From assembly GCA_051294375.1 (NCBI GenBank), contig CM119267.1:9201709-9265708 (forward strand): a stretch of 64,000 nt of DNA, in the 5' to 3' direction. The stretch is from Paraspadella gotoi. Taxonomy: Eukaryota > Animalia > Chaetognatha. The notes beneath the pieces were generated by a model. That model was given only the letters and a program-made list of their open reading frames with translations. It was not told the origin of the DNA and made no database searches. Positions 13,236-30,778 of this stretch are shown here, piece after piece. The translations under genes and the position numbers were made by a program. The first letter of the stretch is position 1, and every line of letters begins with the position of its first letter.

Positions 13236-15521
13236 ATGCAACGTGGTTTTGGAAGAGGACTGCCTGATCGTCTGGCCACCGCCAAACTAGGTTCTGATCC
13301 ATCGACCAACCCAAGGTTCAGGGCTGAGACCTCCGGTGCTGTCTTCGGTCCACTTGGTGGCGTCATAGCGTCTGCCTCTGAACGCCATGTGGAGAGTGAT
13401 TCTACGAGGGGTCTTTATGAAGCTTGGGCTCACTTAGACCCTTCTCGTCAAGACCAAACACCTCGATATGTGCCTGGGCTACATGCTCGACCCAAAACTC
13501 CCGAGAAGGAAAATGTGTACATCCCTGGAATGGACGCAAATCCTAATTACAAAAGCCAAAATCCCAATGAACCTGACGACATTAAGCCTAAATTGCCCGA
13601 CCCCAATCTCGTGAGTTCTTTTTTGGCTGGGACAAAAAATCCCATTTCGGCTTTAACCGAGTACTGCACATCAATGCGTTTGACGGTCAGCTTCACCGAG
13701 GTTCCACCATTAAAAACCGAAAAAAATGTCGCCCTGCAATTCGCCAGCGAATGCAAGGTCAACAGCACAAAGTTTCCCCAAGGACTGGGTCGTACCAAGA
13801 AGGAGGCAAAGACTGCCGCGGCCAAGAAAGCCTTTATAATGATTCTGGGAAAGGACGAGGATGAGTTGGAAGAGTCTTCGGAAGCCGATGTGAAATGCAT
13901 CGTGGACTCGTTTGGTAGACGCGTCACTATAAAATCCGAGGAGGGTCAATGGAAAAAGAGCCAACAAGAGCGACGCCCCCTGAAGCCGGACGAGGTCCTC
14001 CCTCAACTTAACCTCGACGACGAATCCGTCGCGTTTGACTTGCAGTTGAGAGAGTCTAGGAAAGATAAGCATCCGGTGACGGTCCTCGAAAATTTATGCT
14101 CGCAAAAGTCGTTGCCAATTGTTTTTGACTTTAAGAAAAACGCGGACGGATATGTTGCTCAGGTTCTAATCGACAATCGAGTTGTCGGCGAGGGATTCGG
14201 CACCACAACTAAGTTAGCAAAACGCAATGCGGCGGACAAAGCTCTTCTCACCGACCCTTTTGCCTCGGAACGGTTTCATCAAGGGACATCCACGACGGAG
14301 GACATGATTTCCTCCTGTTTTTTTCTTCGGCACCGGGAGGCCATCGTCGAGATTATGCAGGCAGGCAGAGAACATCCCGCCGCTAAGTCTGTTATCGATA
14401 TCGATGTTCTTGCGGAAATTCCAGCCGCCGGGTTTATTCTTCGATGCGGAATCGGTGCAAACGCCACCTACGATGTCGTAGCATTAGGAATGGGCGTTAA
14501 CGTAGCCAATGTTATGCCGTCCACCGATGGTCGAACCGTCATCGACCTTCATGCTTTTGCATTGGCGCGGCGCTCTTTGGTAAAATTTTTACTGTCGGAG
14601 ATTCGTGACTTTTACAAAGGCCGCATCGCCAACAGTATCTTTGAACTGATTTCCGGCGAAGATCGCCTTGTGTTGAAAAAGACGAACAGCCTTATTCTCT
14701 TCATGACTCACCCGCCGACCGGCGACGCGGATGTTTTTGCAAGGGCTGAACACTTCGAGAGATACGGAGAAATAAACCGAGGCGACTTGGAAAATCGCTA
14801 TCATCACCCTCATCGTGGGCATGCCGAGGAGGGAAAGTTACGCTTCAAAACCGAATCGGGAGAAACTTACCCATGGGACGACCCTAACGATTTCAAAAAC
14901 GAATATCCTATGTCCTGTAGCGACAAATTGCTTCGATGCAACGTTCTTGGACTTCAAGGGGCTTTGCTGAGTCGCCTGCTGAGACCGGTTTACGTGGAGC
15001 GTGTCGTCCTTGGGTCTCGTTACGATCACGGCGTCTTTTCTCGCGCAATTTGTTGCCGCGTTGGCGACGATTTATACCCTGACCAAGCCAACGGCTTTCG
15101 TGTCAATCACCCGAAGATTGGAAGGGTCGTTGATTATGTGGCGGACTCTCGCAAGCGTCTGCGATCGGCCCCTTTGGCCGTCAATTGGTCCGCCGACTGG
15201 CACGACGATGATCCAAATAAGAAAAAGTTAGAAATCCTCGATCCTTCCACGGGGCGATCCTTTTCTTGGTCGCCTTTTCGAACGCTAAAGGGAAATCAGA
15301 TTTCGCCCAGTCGCCTTTGCAAAGCAGCTTTCTTTTTCCGGTTTAAGGAGGTGGCGCGTGAGCCTTTTAAGTCGGACGTGGTCAACATGACGTATCACGA
15401 GGTCAAGGAAACGGCCGTCCCTTACCAAGCCATGAAAGAGCTGTTTAAGGAAAATATTAAAAAGAAATGGGGTCGGTGGGTGGAAAAGCCTTTTGAAAAG
15501 ATTGAAAGTTTCCAAAAATAA
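13236..15521 (+). CDS. ADAR/ADAD-like protein: two dsRNA-binding domains plus an adenosine deaminase-fold domain with substituted catalytic residues; intronless
   Basis: dsRBDs KNPISALTEY..GLGRTKKEAKTAAAKKA and KHPVTVLENL..GFGTTTKLAKRNAADKAL; deaminase motifs DLHAFALARR, PPTGDA, MSCSDKLLRCNVLGLQGALLS, SRLCKAAFF. Confidence 0.88.
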   Translation: MQRGFGRGLPDRLATAKLGSDPSTNPRFRAETSGAVFGPLGGVIASASERHVESDSTRGLYEAWAHLDPSRQDQTPRYVPGLHARPKTPEKENVYIPGMDANPNYKSQNPNEPDDIKPKLPDPNLVSSFLAGTKNPISALTEYCTSMRLTVSFTEVPPLKTEKNVALQFASECKVNSTKFPQGLGRTKKEAKTAAAKKAFIMILGKDEDELEESSEADVKCIVDSFGRRVTIKSEEGQWKKSQQERRPLKPDEVLPQLNLDDESVAFDLQLRESRKDKHPVTVLENLCSQKSLPIVFDFKKNADGYVAQVLIDNRVVGEGFGTTTKLAKRNAADKALLTDPFASERFHQGTSTTEDMISSCFFLRHREAIVEIMQAGREHPAAKSVIDIDVLAEIPAAGFILRCGIGANATYDVVALGMGVNVANVMPSTDGRTVIDLHAFALARRSLVKFLLSEIRDFYKGRIANSIFELISGEDRLVLKKTNSLILFMTHPPTGDADVFARAEHFERYGEINRGDLENRYHHPHRGHAEEGKLRFKTESGETYPWDDPNDFKNEYPMSCSDKLLRCNVLGLQGALLSRLLRPVYVERVVLGSRYDHGVFSRAICCRVGDDLYPDQANGFRVNHPKIGRVVDYVADSRKRLRSAPLAVNWSADWHDDDPNKKKLEILDPSTGRSFSWSPFRTLKGNQISPSRLCKAAFFFRFKEVAREPFKSDVVNMTYHEVKETAVPYQAMKELFKENIKKKWGRWVEKPFEKIESFQK

Positions 15522-15794
15522 ACTCGGTAAAAAATTTCGAAAATTTCGATGAAAATCAAAGTTAATTGATTACTCTTTGTTCGCGGAAGTCAGTTAGATT
15601 CTATACGGCTTCTGCATTAAATAATTTTGTTTGCTTTTTTTTTTGACAACTTGATCTTTAATTAGGTAGCTTTTCACAAGAAATACGTTTTTGTTTCATA
15701 TCTCGTATATCTTTGTTTTTGAAATTATGGTTTTACAGAGTTACAGAGCAAAACCGAATGACAATTGTTTCTTTTCATTACGCGACGGAGGACG

Positions 15795-17927
15795 ATGGCG
15801 CACATCGTGGTCATCGGCGGAGGGATTTCAGGACTTTCAGCCGCCTATTATCTCACGCAAGCTTCTCGAGCTTCCATCGCGTCCATCGTACTCTTAGAAG
15901 CAAGCCCACGCCTTGGCGGCTGGGTCCACAGGTAATGTAAATGGTCCGAGTTCAGCTTTAAAATAAAATGAACGCAATAAAGCCTGGCTTGAAGCGTTCG
16001 TTATGAATTAAATTTATTACATATTTTTAAGGTTGTAGTAATCAACAAGATTGTAATTTCTAGATAGTAATATATAATATGTAAGAAAAGAGAAATGTTA
16101 AATGTTTTTACTTACTAAACCTTCGTCAGCCAACGATGCCACGATGGTGCCGTTTTTGAGTTGGGTCCTCGAACTCTCCGACCCTATGGTCAATCGGGAC
16201 TAAACACTTTTCGGTTGGCGGAAGAGTTGGGCCTCCGAGATAAGATCATTACCATTCCCAAGACTCATCCTGCTGCTCAAAAACGATTCGTTCTGATCGA
16301 CGGATCTCTCCATCAATTCCCCAGCGCCAAATCTTTTTTCTCGCCCTTTCCTGCAAAGCCCTTTAAGGAATCTTTGATGAAGATTATCAGCAGAGAAGCG
16401 TTGGGGAAATATTTGCCGGTGGAGGACGAGTCAATCGATGTTTTCATTAGCAAGCATTTTGGACCGGTAAGTTTTTAAGAACCGCTTATTTCATTTCTCT
16501 AATTTAAATACTCGTCTTCAATTATTTTTAAAGGACATGGCCCGTTTTTTGATAAATCCGCTCTGTCGAGGAATATTCGCCGGTGATTCTGCTGAACTTT
16601 CGGCTCGTTCTTGTTTCCCGGCTCTCTTTGATATTTATGCTCACCACGGCAGTGTAGTCAGGGGATCCATTAAGCAAAGTTTGTCCGGACGTTTTGGACG
16701 AAAAGATAACGAGGAAAATCCAGACACGAAACTGGCAGCTGAGTTGAAAAAAACGTCAGTCTGGTCTTTGTCAGGAGGACTGCAGGATCTCACGGATGCA
16801 TTGATCGAATGCATTGTTAAGGTATATACTACGTATATCGTATGTTATGATTTACGTATAAATGATTCATCGTCCTTGCAATATAAAAAATACTTCCAAA
16901 AGGACTCTCGCGTTGAGGTTCGTCTGGACACCCGCCTCACTTCGATCGGGAATTCGCCGAATTCGTCGTCCCGCTTGGAATTGGAGACGTCGTCCGGGGA
17001 TTGGCTAGAAGCTGACCACGCAATATCGTCCGTCTACGCGCGAGACTTGGCTTCGGCGTTGCGAGCAGGTGTCCGAGATTTCTCCAACTCGCAAACGGAA
17101 CTGGCTCTGACCCTCGAACAAATACCTGCCGTCACAGTTTGCGTAGTCAATTTAGAATACTCAGGTGATATGATTATTGATCAGGGAGATGGCGTCTTAA
17201 CTGCAGCAACGTTAGTTTTTCATCCTTTCATCCATCGCAGGAAAAGTCCTTCCATTCGACGGCTTTGGATTTCTCATCCCGTCTTTCGAGTGCGAACCTA
17301 TCCTTGGCTGCGTCTTTGATTCCTCCGCCCTCCCAACTCATGATTCCAAGGAGGGAACTCCCACTACCCGCCTTACTGTCATGATCGGTTAGTCTCGTGA
17401 GCTCCTTTCTTTCTTTTTTTCTTCCCTTATCACTTTCTCTTATCACTTTATTCTACCCAGGCGGTTCTTGGTACGAGAAACATTTTGGTAACCCCTTTGA
17501 GGGTGAACAACCATTAGCTAAAATGGAACGGATGGCCGTCGAGCTAGTCAGGAATAAGCTCAACGTCGAATCCCATCCCCGGCGAACGCTTGTTAATTTG
17601 CAAAAGAATTGCATTCCACAGGTGAGTGTACGAACGCTTAGATTTGATTACTATTTTATTTATTTTAATCGTCAAGACTATCGTTCATGAATATCCTTAT
17701 TAATTTATATTCAGTATTTGGTTGGACATCATGAAACTCTTTCCAAAATATCCAATGAACTTCGCAACTCAAGACTTCCGTTGTCCCTTGTTGGGTCTTC
17801 GTACAAAGGACCGTCTGTCAATGATTGCATCTTCAATACTAAACGAGCAATCCAGAATGAAATTTTACCTAAATTTCGAACATCAAGCTCCGGAGAACAA
17901 ATTGCCTCTATCGGCTCCGTTGCCTGA
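15795..17927 (+). CDS. PPOX: Protoporphyrinogen oxidase, multi-exon
   Basis: MAHIVVIGGGISGLSAAYYL, LEASPRLGGWV, FELGPRTLRP, PLCRGIFAGD, WSLSGGLQDL, GFGFLIP, CIPQ|YLVGH, GSSYKGPSVNDCI. Confidence 0.92.
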
Positions 17928-18094
17928 TGCATCATCAATAATTAATTAAAATGTCAAAAGTCATTTGCTGTTGTTGGACCGAGGGACCACCTTGTGCTGT
18001 GATAATAACGTGAACCTAACAGTTACTTTTTCATTTTATTTGCATATTTTCTTTGATATTTATTTTTATTTAAGAGAAACCTGACTTGATAATC

Positions 18095-19034
18095 ATGTCT
18101 TCAACGCGAGATGAAAAACCAAACCCGTTGCCTCATCATATAAGACAGGAGGAATGTATTATTAGGAAAAAGTATCGCGAGGGACGTAAACCCACCGCTG
18201 TTCGAGTCTTCACCCCTCATCACGAATCGAAGGTGAGAAACAATCTTCTAAGTGGTATCCGGCCTAGATTTTAATTTAATTGAATTTCCTCAGCGCGTTA
18301 ATGATTTATTTCCACAGTATCTGTTGGTCTTCAACGTTCCCGCTTTGAATCTTATGGGCGAATTGTACAGATTTGCCTCCTCAGTGGCCCCAGTAGAATC
18401 CCATGAAATTGCTCCAATCCGCGGAGAATCCTTTACCGACGTTCATCTACTGAAAATGAGCTCCATTCGCTGGGCGCAGGTCGCCAAGCGGCGTCTCGAC
18501 GACGCTTCCTTCTACGGCGCCGTTCTGCACGTGGTCTACGCGCCGGAACACGAGACTTTGGAGGAAACTCGCGAAAAACTCATGGATCGAGGGAAGAGAT
18601 ATGAGAAACGTCTCGCTCAAGTTGAGGTGGAAAAAAATGAAGGAAAAACAATCGTTTCCAAATTTGGGCCTCGTCGTACAAACGGCATGGACTTCACGAA
18701 GGAGTCTTCTGAATCGGAATCCGCTTCAGTTTCTGATTGTTCGGAAAAAAATTCAGGTTGTCTCCAGGCGCCCCGTTACCAAATTTATTCGCCGTCTTTT
18801 CCGGTTTCCAGACAGTTTCCAAGCGAGGAACCTCCCAAGAAAAAAACTCGTCTCGTTGACTCTAACGAGATGGAAACGAAATTTGAATCCGCTCCAAAAC
18901 GAAAAATAATTTTTCGTCCTTCAGTCGTTCCGCGTCCGAATGTTTTGCCCGAAATCTACTTCGGTCATCGAGTGAAGGTTCAGAAAACTTCGCCCAGCAC
19001 CTGTTTTTTACCGCGAATTTTGAAAAAACGATGA
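18095..19034 (+). CDS. RBM48: RNA-binding protein 48 (minor spliceosome factor), 2 exons
   Basis: KYREGRKPTAVRVFT..ESK|YLLVFNVPAL and AKRRLDDASFYGAVLHVVYAPEHETLEETREKL are characteristic of RBM48. Confidence 0.88.
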
Positions 19035-19109
19035 TACGAAAAAAAAAAACCAAAAACGAATCTCACTTTCACTCGTTTACCCGTTTTCTTTATAGTAGCG
19101 GTCGGACGA

Positions 19110-20737
19110 ATGGCGTGGACGTCAAATCTCCTCGTATCTCACGTGGCGACGCCGGCCGAGTTCTATCTTCGGTTGGCGTCGAACGAGGAACAATTTATCG
19201 AATTCGAGCACCGTCTCGCCGACGCTCACAGCGCTTCCCCGAGCGACGTTGCTCAACCTCGGCCGGGCGATGACCTAGTGGCGTTTGTTAAAGACCCCGC
19301 CAAAAGAACGTCTCCGCGCTGGCGACGCGTCAGGGTTTTGAGTGTGGATGAGGATCGGCAACGAGTCGTCGCTCGCCTCCTCGACGTCGGTCTGACTCGT
19401 ACCGTGTTATTCGCAGATTTACGTCATTTCGCCGACCGAGAATTCCTAACCAAACCGTCCTTTGTTTTTCGATGCCACCTGCTCGATTTGACGCCTCCGC
19501 GGACAGGCTCTGGTTGGCCACAAATCGCCTGCGAGTTCTTTTCCGGCTTCATCTCTTCCCGCCCACTTTGCATCCGGCGTCAAGAGCTGGAAGAGGAGGA
19601 CAGCGGAGTCCTCCTGAACGCCGCCACGAGGGAGCCGGCGACGCCATTCTCGACGGAGTTGTACTTATTGGTCAACGTGTCCGATGTTCTGGTCGAGGAA
19701 GAATTGGCGTCGAGGAGCGGAACAGACGCCGAGGAACGCGACTCTGGAGGTGATCGCCGTTGAGTTAGTCGATCGTTTGCGTTCAAACGGCTGTAACAAC
19801 ATCGTGTTTCCATTCCCTACCCTCATTCCCTGTTCAATAAAGTTTCGATTTGCTCTCGTGTGAATTCCTCGCATTTGTTTCCAAACCCTGTCGGTCGCAA
19901 CCTTTTCCCAAAGTGGCGCCCCTTCGAATTTTCGCCCGACTCGAGTCTCGACGGTGTAGAAATCACCGCCATCGTCCGTCACGCCGGAGTATCGGGCGTC
20001 ATCTGGGTGGCGCCGCTCGACATCGCCGCCTCCGAGATCGAAGAGAAGCTTCAGACGAACATTAAAGAGTTTTGCGATGCCGCACCCAAGGCGTCAGAGT
20101 TGACGGGCGAGTTGGACTTGAATCAGGCCGTCTTCGCGCGGTTTGAATCGAAATGGTCAGTTGCAATAACTGTAAGCTCGTCGTCAATCGTTGGATATAG
20201 GCTATCGTTTCACACTTCAGGCTTCGGGCGAGTGTGGTGGACCTTAATCGCGGACCCGACGAAACGAAAATTCGCGTTCTTTATATCGACTTTGGGTTGA
20301 CGAAGTGGATATTTGCTCACGATTTGATTACCGTTATCCCTCCGTCGTTTTTGGAGATTCCTCAAATGGTTTTGGACATTGTCATACACAGCACGAGACC
20401 AATAGGTCCGGAATGCACGGCCAGTTAGGAAATAAAAATTACAATTTTTCTGCTCTCTAATTTTGATCAATGACACAGGCTACTTTTGGGATTTTACATC
20501 TCTCGGTCTCGTTCACGAGCTGACCTTCGGTCGCGTCATCAGGTGCATAATTTCGCCGCCTTTCAGTCAAGCTCGTCCCCTTCAAGTCGATGCTATCTTG
20601 GCACCGGGTGACGACGGCACCATCGTTCACGTTGAAAAGTACATTTTTAATTTTTTTTTAAATTTAGTTTTGTTTTTACAATGAAAGCATCATTTAGGTT
20701 TTTAGTCGATTCTGGAAGAGCGCGTTGGAATTTCTAA
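19110..20737 (+). CDS. Tudor-domain protein (two extended Tudor units), multi-exon; internal boundaries approximate
   Basis: VSHVATPAEFYLRL..WRRVRVLSV..RLLDVGLT..FVFRCHL; second unit VFARFESKW|..RVLYIDFGLT..FLEIPQM. Confidence 0.7.
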
Positions 20738-20901
20738 TTTTAAGGAGCGCCCAGCTTTTAACGACTCCAACGTCAAATTTTTTGTGGAATTTTTTCCCCA
20801 TGAACTTATTTTATTCAATTATACCACTTATATCTGTCCAATGTTTCTATTGTTTTTATTGGCAGTTTATTTAGAATCGAAAAAGGACCCAACATTCGGC
20901 G

Positions 20902-21523
20902 ATGTCTTCTTCCTCCGACGTTTCCGACTTGGAGGCGGAGAAGAAGAAGATGAACCTTTCTTCCAAACGCAAAGCCGACGATTCCGACTCCGACTACGAA
21001 GATAAACAAAAGAAGAAGAAAAAGAATGCTAATAAAAAGCAGAATCTCTCCGACTCAGATTCCGACTCCGACGCGGAAAACAAAAAGAAAAAGATGCAAA
21101 AACAGAAGAACAAGGAGGAGAAGAAAAAGAAGAAGAAGAAAAAGTCCGAGTCGGATTCGGATTCCGACGACGACGAGAAAAAAAAGAAAAAGAAGAAAAA
21201 GGAAAGCGCCGGTGATGGCGTGGATCTGGACGACGAAGGTCGCGTCGAGTTGGGTAGGGACAGGTGAGAGAAAGCTGGATAATCATTAATCAAGTGTTTG
21301 GCGGTTCTTAAAACTCATAATATATTTTTAATTTCTTCCAAGGCTTCTTGACGTGCGGGAGTTCAAAGGACGCATTATGATTGACATCCGTGAGTACTAC
21401 ACCGATAGATCGACCGGGGAGATGAAGCCGGGCAAGAAGGGCATCAGCCTGATGGGAGCCGAATGGGAGAAGCTTAAAAAGTCCATCGATTTCGTTGACA
21501 AGAAGATCAAGAGAATGAGCTGA
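20902..21523 (+). CDS. SUB1: Transcriptional coactivator PC4/SUB1 with an extended K/S/D-rich N-terminus, 2 exons
   Basis: VREFKGRIMIDIREYY..GEMKPGKKGISL..EWEKLK. Confidence 0.9.
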
Positions 21524-22015
21524 ATATACGTTCAAGTTGATTGAGAACATTTTTTTTTAAAACTTACATCAATTTCGAAATTCGTGTTTTTGTTTGTTTC
21601 TTTTCATTCCATTTCGTTAACTCAACTGAATTTTTCATTCTTTATGTAAACAACCGTTCGTTGATGTTGATGCTTAAAATCATTAACTTTTAAACTAGAG
21701 ATTTCATTTTGTCGTTCAAATTTGGACAATAGAAGGAAGCTTGTGTTAATTCGAAAACAATTGTAATTATAGATTTACGTCATCATAATGTACCTATCCC
21801 AAGTTAGGACTTTTTTTTATCAATATTTAACATTTAACACTCAACAAACAATTGAAAAGACAGAAATTCTGAGGGAAATCTTACAGATTCTTTTCAAAAT
21901 GATGATTTTTGTTTTGTTTTTAATTCGATGTCCTTCAATAAAAGCTTTCGATTTTTTTTATTGCCCAAAAAACTTTTGTTTCCTACGATTTTCAGCCACG
22001 CTTCCCTTAGTCAAA

Positions 22016-26986
<4,971 letters not shown>

Positions 26987-28218
26987 CTTTTAAAAATAAT
27001 TAGTCAAAAAATTTTTAATGGAATTTTAGAAAGTAAATTGCTTTTTCGTTTCTCAAATTTTGTTGTTAGCATTTGCGTTGATTTTGACAACTTTGACGTT
27101 TTAGATCACAGTTGTATTACCAATATTTTCAGCATTCCGGTTCTTCTGACTATAACTACCACTCATTCATTGAAACCGATTTTCTTTTAGTTAGAGATAT
27201 AATTTTTTTGAGGAAACTACACGCCTAAAAACTTGATATTTTACGACCTCAACTTTGGCCAATGCGTTGGCTTTTCGCAATGCTTCGTTTTTAGGGATTC
27301 ATCAAATATTTAAACGTTAATGCTTAGAATAACGAAGGTTTGATTTTGCATTCGGCATTCGGCAACGACAATTTGAATTTTTATTTACAATGAAAAAATT
27401 ACGGACATTTTTCGAGTTCAAATTTTCATAAGCGCAAATTAATGCTAAAATAATTGGGGTTTCGCTGAAATTATATGCATTTTTTTGCTTCCCTTTTAAT
27501 TTTAAAATCCTTGCCTTCTGTTTAAGAAAACAGTCTGAATGGAGCTCGTCGAAAGATGACGCTTCAAAAAGCCAACATTTGAAACGCTTCCTGTTCAACA
27601 CATCAGGATGCCTTTTAATCTAAATAATCTTATGATATTTAATATCATACTGCTTTACAGAAATATTTTTTTAGTTTTGAATTCTTTTTATTCTTTTTAC
27701 GTGGCTTATTAAAATTTAAGTTATTAGTTAAGTTAAGTTGGAGTTAAGAAAATTAGCTTATTTTTTCTAATTTTTTTTTTGACGGTTGGAAGTTTGAAAA
27801 AAGTTTTGGGTAATGCTGTTTGAGATAGATTTTAAAGCTTTATACAAATAGTAAAATTTTTAAAATTATTTTCCATTTTACACTATTTTTTGAAAAGTTT
27901 TCTTAAACTTCTTTTTTGGAAGAACATTTTTTTTAAAACTTATGTTAACAATAAAATTCATTTATCCGGTTTTTTTTATAACTTTCTTTTTTACTTGTTA
28001 TGGACCTCATACTGAGCGCAAGACGCTCTTTCATTTAATCATTTTTTGAATTTCTAGAGAAATACAAAATCGTTTTCGCCATCTTACATTTTTTCTCTTT
28101 AATCCTGAAAAAGGATTTTTGTGAAATACTTTGCTTTTTCTCAACTTCTTCCCAATAAATAAACATAATTTTTGCAAATTTAAAAGCAAACACCCAAAGC
28201 CACTATATAAAAAAAGAA

Positions 28219-29442
28219 ATGGCCAGCAAAATCGATGAGAACGATGAGAAGTTGAAGGTTTTTGTCAGCAAACTTCCTTACGCTGCAACGGAGGACGAAC
28301 TAAAACAACATTTCGAGACCTACTTCGGAGTCGTTGCCGACGTCTGCATCAAGCGCGACGAATCCGGCAACTCCAAAGGCTTTGGCTTCGTTCTTTTCTC
28401 CGACGAATCCGCCGCCGCCCTCGCCATTCACAACACGCAGCACCACACGCTGCAGGGTCGACAGTTTCAAGTAAAGAAGGTGACCGTCAAGGAGCAGGTG
28501 CGCAAGATCTTCGTCGGCGGAGTTTCTCCCAAGATCAGCGAGGAAGACGTGCGCCTCCACTTCGCTCAGTTCGGTGAGATCGAGAATGTCGAGGTCGCCT
28601 ACGACAAAACCACAAACATCCGCCGATCCTTCGTCTTTGTCGTCTTCAAGTCGCCTCAGTCGGCCGCCGCCGCCTCCACGAAAAGCAAGCAGGAAATCGG
28701 AAGCTTCACAGTCGACGTTAAGAAGGCGGTTCCGATTGAGCAGCACCAGCAGGGCAAAGGATTCCACGCCTACGGGTTCGAAACGCTCGCCGCCCGTAAA
28801 AGTATGTTGGACGCCGGAATGGTTCCTCATCCTATGCCGAGAGGCGCTCCCGGGACTCGGGTAAGGGGCGGAAGGTTGCCGCCCAGGATTAGAGGACGTG
28901 GGCGCGGTGCCGCCGCTGCTGCCGCCGCGGCTGCAGCAGCAGCGGCGTATTACGATCCCTACGCGGCGGATGCGTACGCCGTTGATCCTTACGCTACTGC
29001 TGCTTACGCCGATCCCTATGCCGATCCGTACGCGGTCGACCCTTATGCGGCTGATCCCTACGCGGTTGATCCTTATGCCGTCGATCCCTATGCCGCCGAT
29101 CCGTACGCCGCCGATCCGTACGCCGCCGATCCATACGCCGCCACGGATTACACGGAAGATAGCTACGTAGAAGACTATTACGGAGGTCAAGAATATTATC
29201 CATCTCAGCCGGCCGTGGGAGGCGGAAAAATGAGGGGCCGAGGAGCTCCAAGGGCTGCCATCCCTAGAGGAGCACCGAGGGGAGTGGCTCCGAGAGGTGC
29301 TCCCAGAGGAGCGCCGAGAGGTGTCGCCAATGGTAGGGGCGTCCGCGGAGGGGCCAGAGGTGGGCCGTCGGGAGCGAGAGGAGCTCCTCGAGGAAGGGCG
29401 CGAGGCAATCTGAGAGCGAGAGGGAGAGCTGCTCCTTATTAA
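28219..29442 (+). CDS. hnRNP A/D/Musashi-type protein with two RRMs, DPYA repeats, an RGG/RGAP region and a C-terminal PY-NLS-like end; CDS intronless
   Basis: RNP motifs KVFVSKL/KGFGFVLF and KIFVGGV/RSFVFVVF; ends RARGRAAPY*. Confidence 0.85.
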   Translation: MASKIDENDEKLKVFVSKLPYAATEDELKQHFETYFGVVADVCIKRDESGNSKGFGFVLFSDESAAALAIHNTQHHTLQGRQFQVKKVTVKEQVRKIFVGGVSPKISEEDVRLHFAQFGEIENVEVAYDKTTNIRRSFVFVVFKSPQSAAAASTKSKQEIGSFTVDVKKAVPIEQHQQGKGFHAYGFETLAARKSMLDAGMVPHPMPRGAPGTRVRGGRLPPRIRGRGRGAAAAAAAAAAAAAYYDPYAADAYAVDPYATAAYADPYADPYAVDPYAADPYAVDPYAVDPYAADPYAADPYAADPYAATDYTEDSYVEDYYGGQEYYPSQPAVGGGKMRGRGAPRAAIPRGAPRGVAPRGAPRGAPRGVANGRGVRGGARGGPSGARGAPRGRARGNLRARGRAAPY

Positions 29443-30498
29443 AACCCAAAACCATTCCTTTTATTTTTCTTCCTTTGTTTAAAAACTTTTTTGGGTCCAG
29501 TTTTTTGTTCGAGTAGATCATTATGATTAAATGCAGTTAACTTTTTTAACTTTTTTTTTTAAAGGTATAATTTTTAGGGAAAATTTTTATATGGTTTTTA
29601 TAAACTTTGATAGCTATTTGTTTTGCTTTTTGGGTCAAAACCTATCCATTTTTTTCTTTTTTACTATAACCTCGTAAAAATTCTCGTCCTTTTTTAAGTT
29701 TGCAACCCTTTTTTGAAATAGATTTTTTTTTAAATTAAATTATAAAAGCACCCCTTTTGTTAAATTATTTTTAAATCTTGGTTTTTAAAAAAAATTTAAC
29801 ATTGTGAGTTCATAGATATAAATCTATTTTTTTGTTACTTATCTTTGTCAACATTATTGAAGTCGGATGCGTTATTCGAGAAGTTACTTTTTTGACAAAA
29901 TTATCCTTTTTGACGTGATATTTATTCGTGGTCTACTGAAGGGCGCATGTCTTATGAATACCAAGTAACAAATTCCTTATTTTGATAATTAAACGAATAA
30001 TCAATACATATCGCTATCGTTGTCTTCTCATATTCATGTTCGTTCATAATTCATTTTTGGATTAAAACGATGTTGCTGTCAAGCATTTAGTTACATGAAG
30101 AAATGTCACCTTGTTTACCAAAACTGCATCTCCACGAGATTTACATTAAAATTAAAGGTTTTCTAAAAAGTGAAAACCTATTACATGTTACATTATCATT
30201 GAAAACCAAAGGTTTCCAGATTGTCACTTAAAAGCTTAATGCGGGTGAGTCAATAATTTAGGCCAGAAATTGATTTTAATTTCTTTCTCATTTGAGCATG
30301 ATTCAATTTTTTGTAATCAGAGAGAAGAAAACTTGGCTAATCCCTGCCCTGCCCCAAACCGCCATCAACTCCAAACGGGCCCAGGTCCACCGTCGTGAAT
30401 GAGGAACCAGACGTTTCGAGTGAGGTGGGTTTTTCGATAAGCGGAGACCACCGATATTCAGTTGCCGGTTTGGGAAAAGGAAGGGATGCTGGGGACAA

Positions 30499-30778
30499 TA
30501 CTCGGTAGGAAGGGTAACGTAGGTGGTAGTAATTTTTTCGTGGTCGGATATAAAACTGATGGTCTGTGTACTCGGTAGGAAGGGTAACGGAGGTGGTAGG
30601 AATTTTTCCATGGTCGGATGTATAAGTGATGGTCTGTGTACTCCGTAGGAAGGGTAACGGAGGTGGTAGGAATTTTTCCATGGTCAGATGTAAAACTGAT
30701 GGTCTGTGTACTCGGTAGGAAGGGTAACGGAGGTGGTAGGAATTTTTCCGTGGTCGGATGTAAAACTGATGGTCTGTG
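30499..30778. repeat. Minisatellite, four copies of a 70-bp unit
   Basis: TACTCGGTAGGAAGGGTAACGGAGGTGGTAGGAATTTTTCC..GATGGTCTGTG recurs at 30499, 30569, 30639 and 30709. Confidence 0.95.

Noticed and set aside
28300-29190. 296-aa antisense ORF
   Set aside because: Shadow of the GC-rich, repetitive RRM gene on the + strand; no recognisable domain
30499-30778. Possible CRISPR array
   Set aside because: The 70-bp units are contiguous with no unique spacers, there are no cas genes, and the context is eukaryotic
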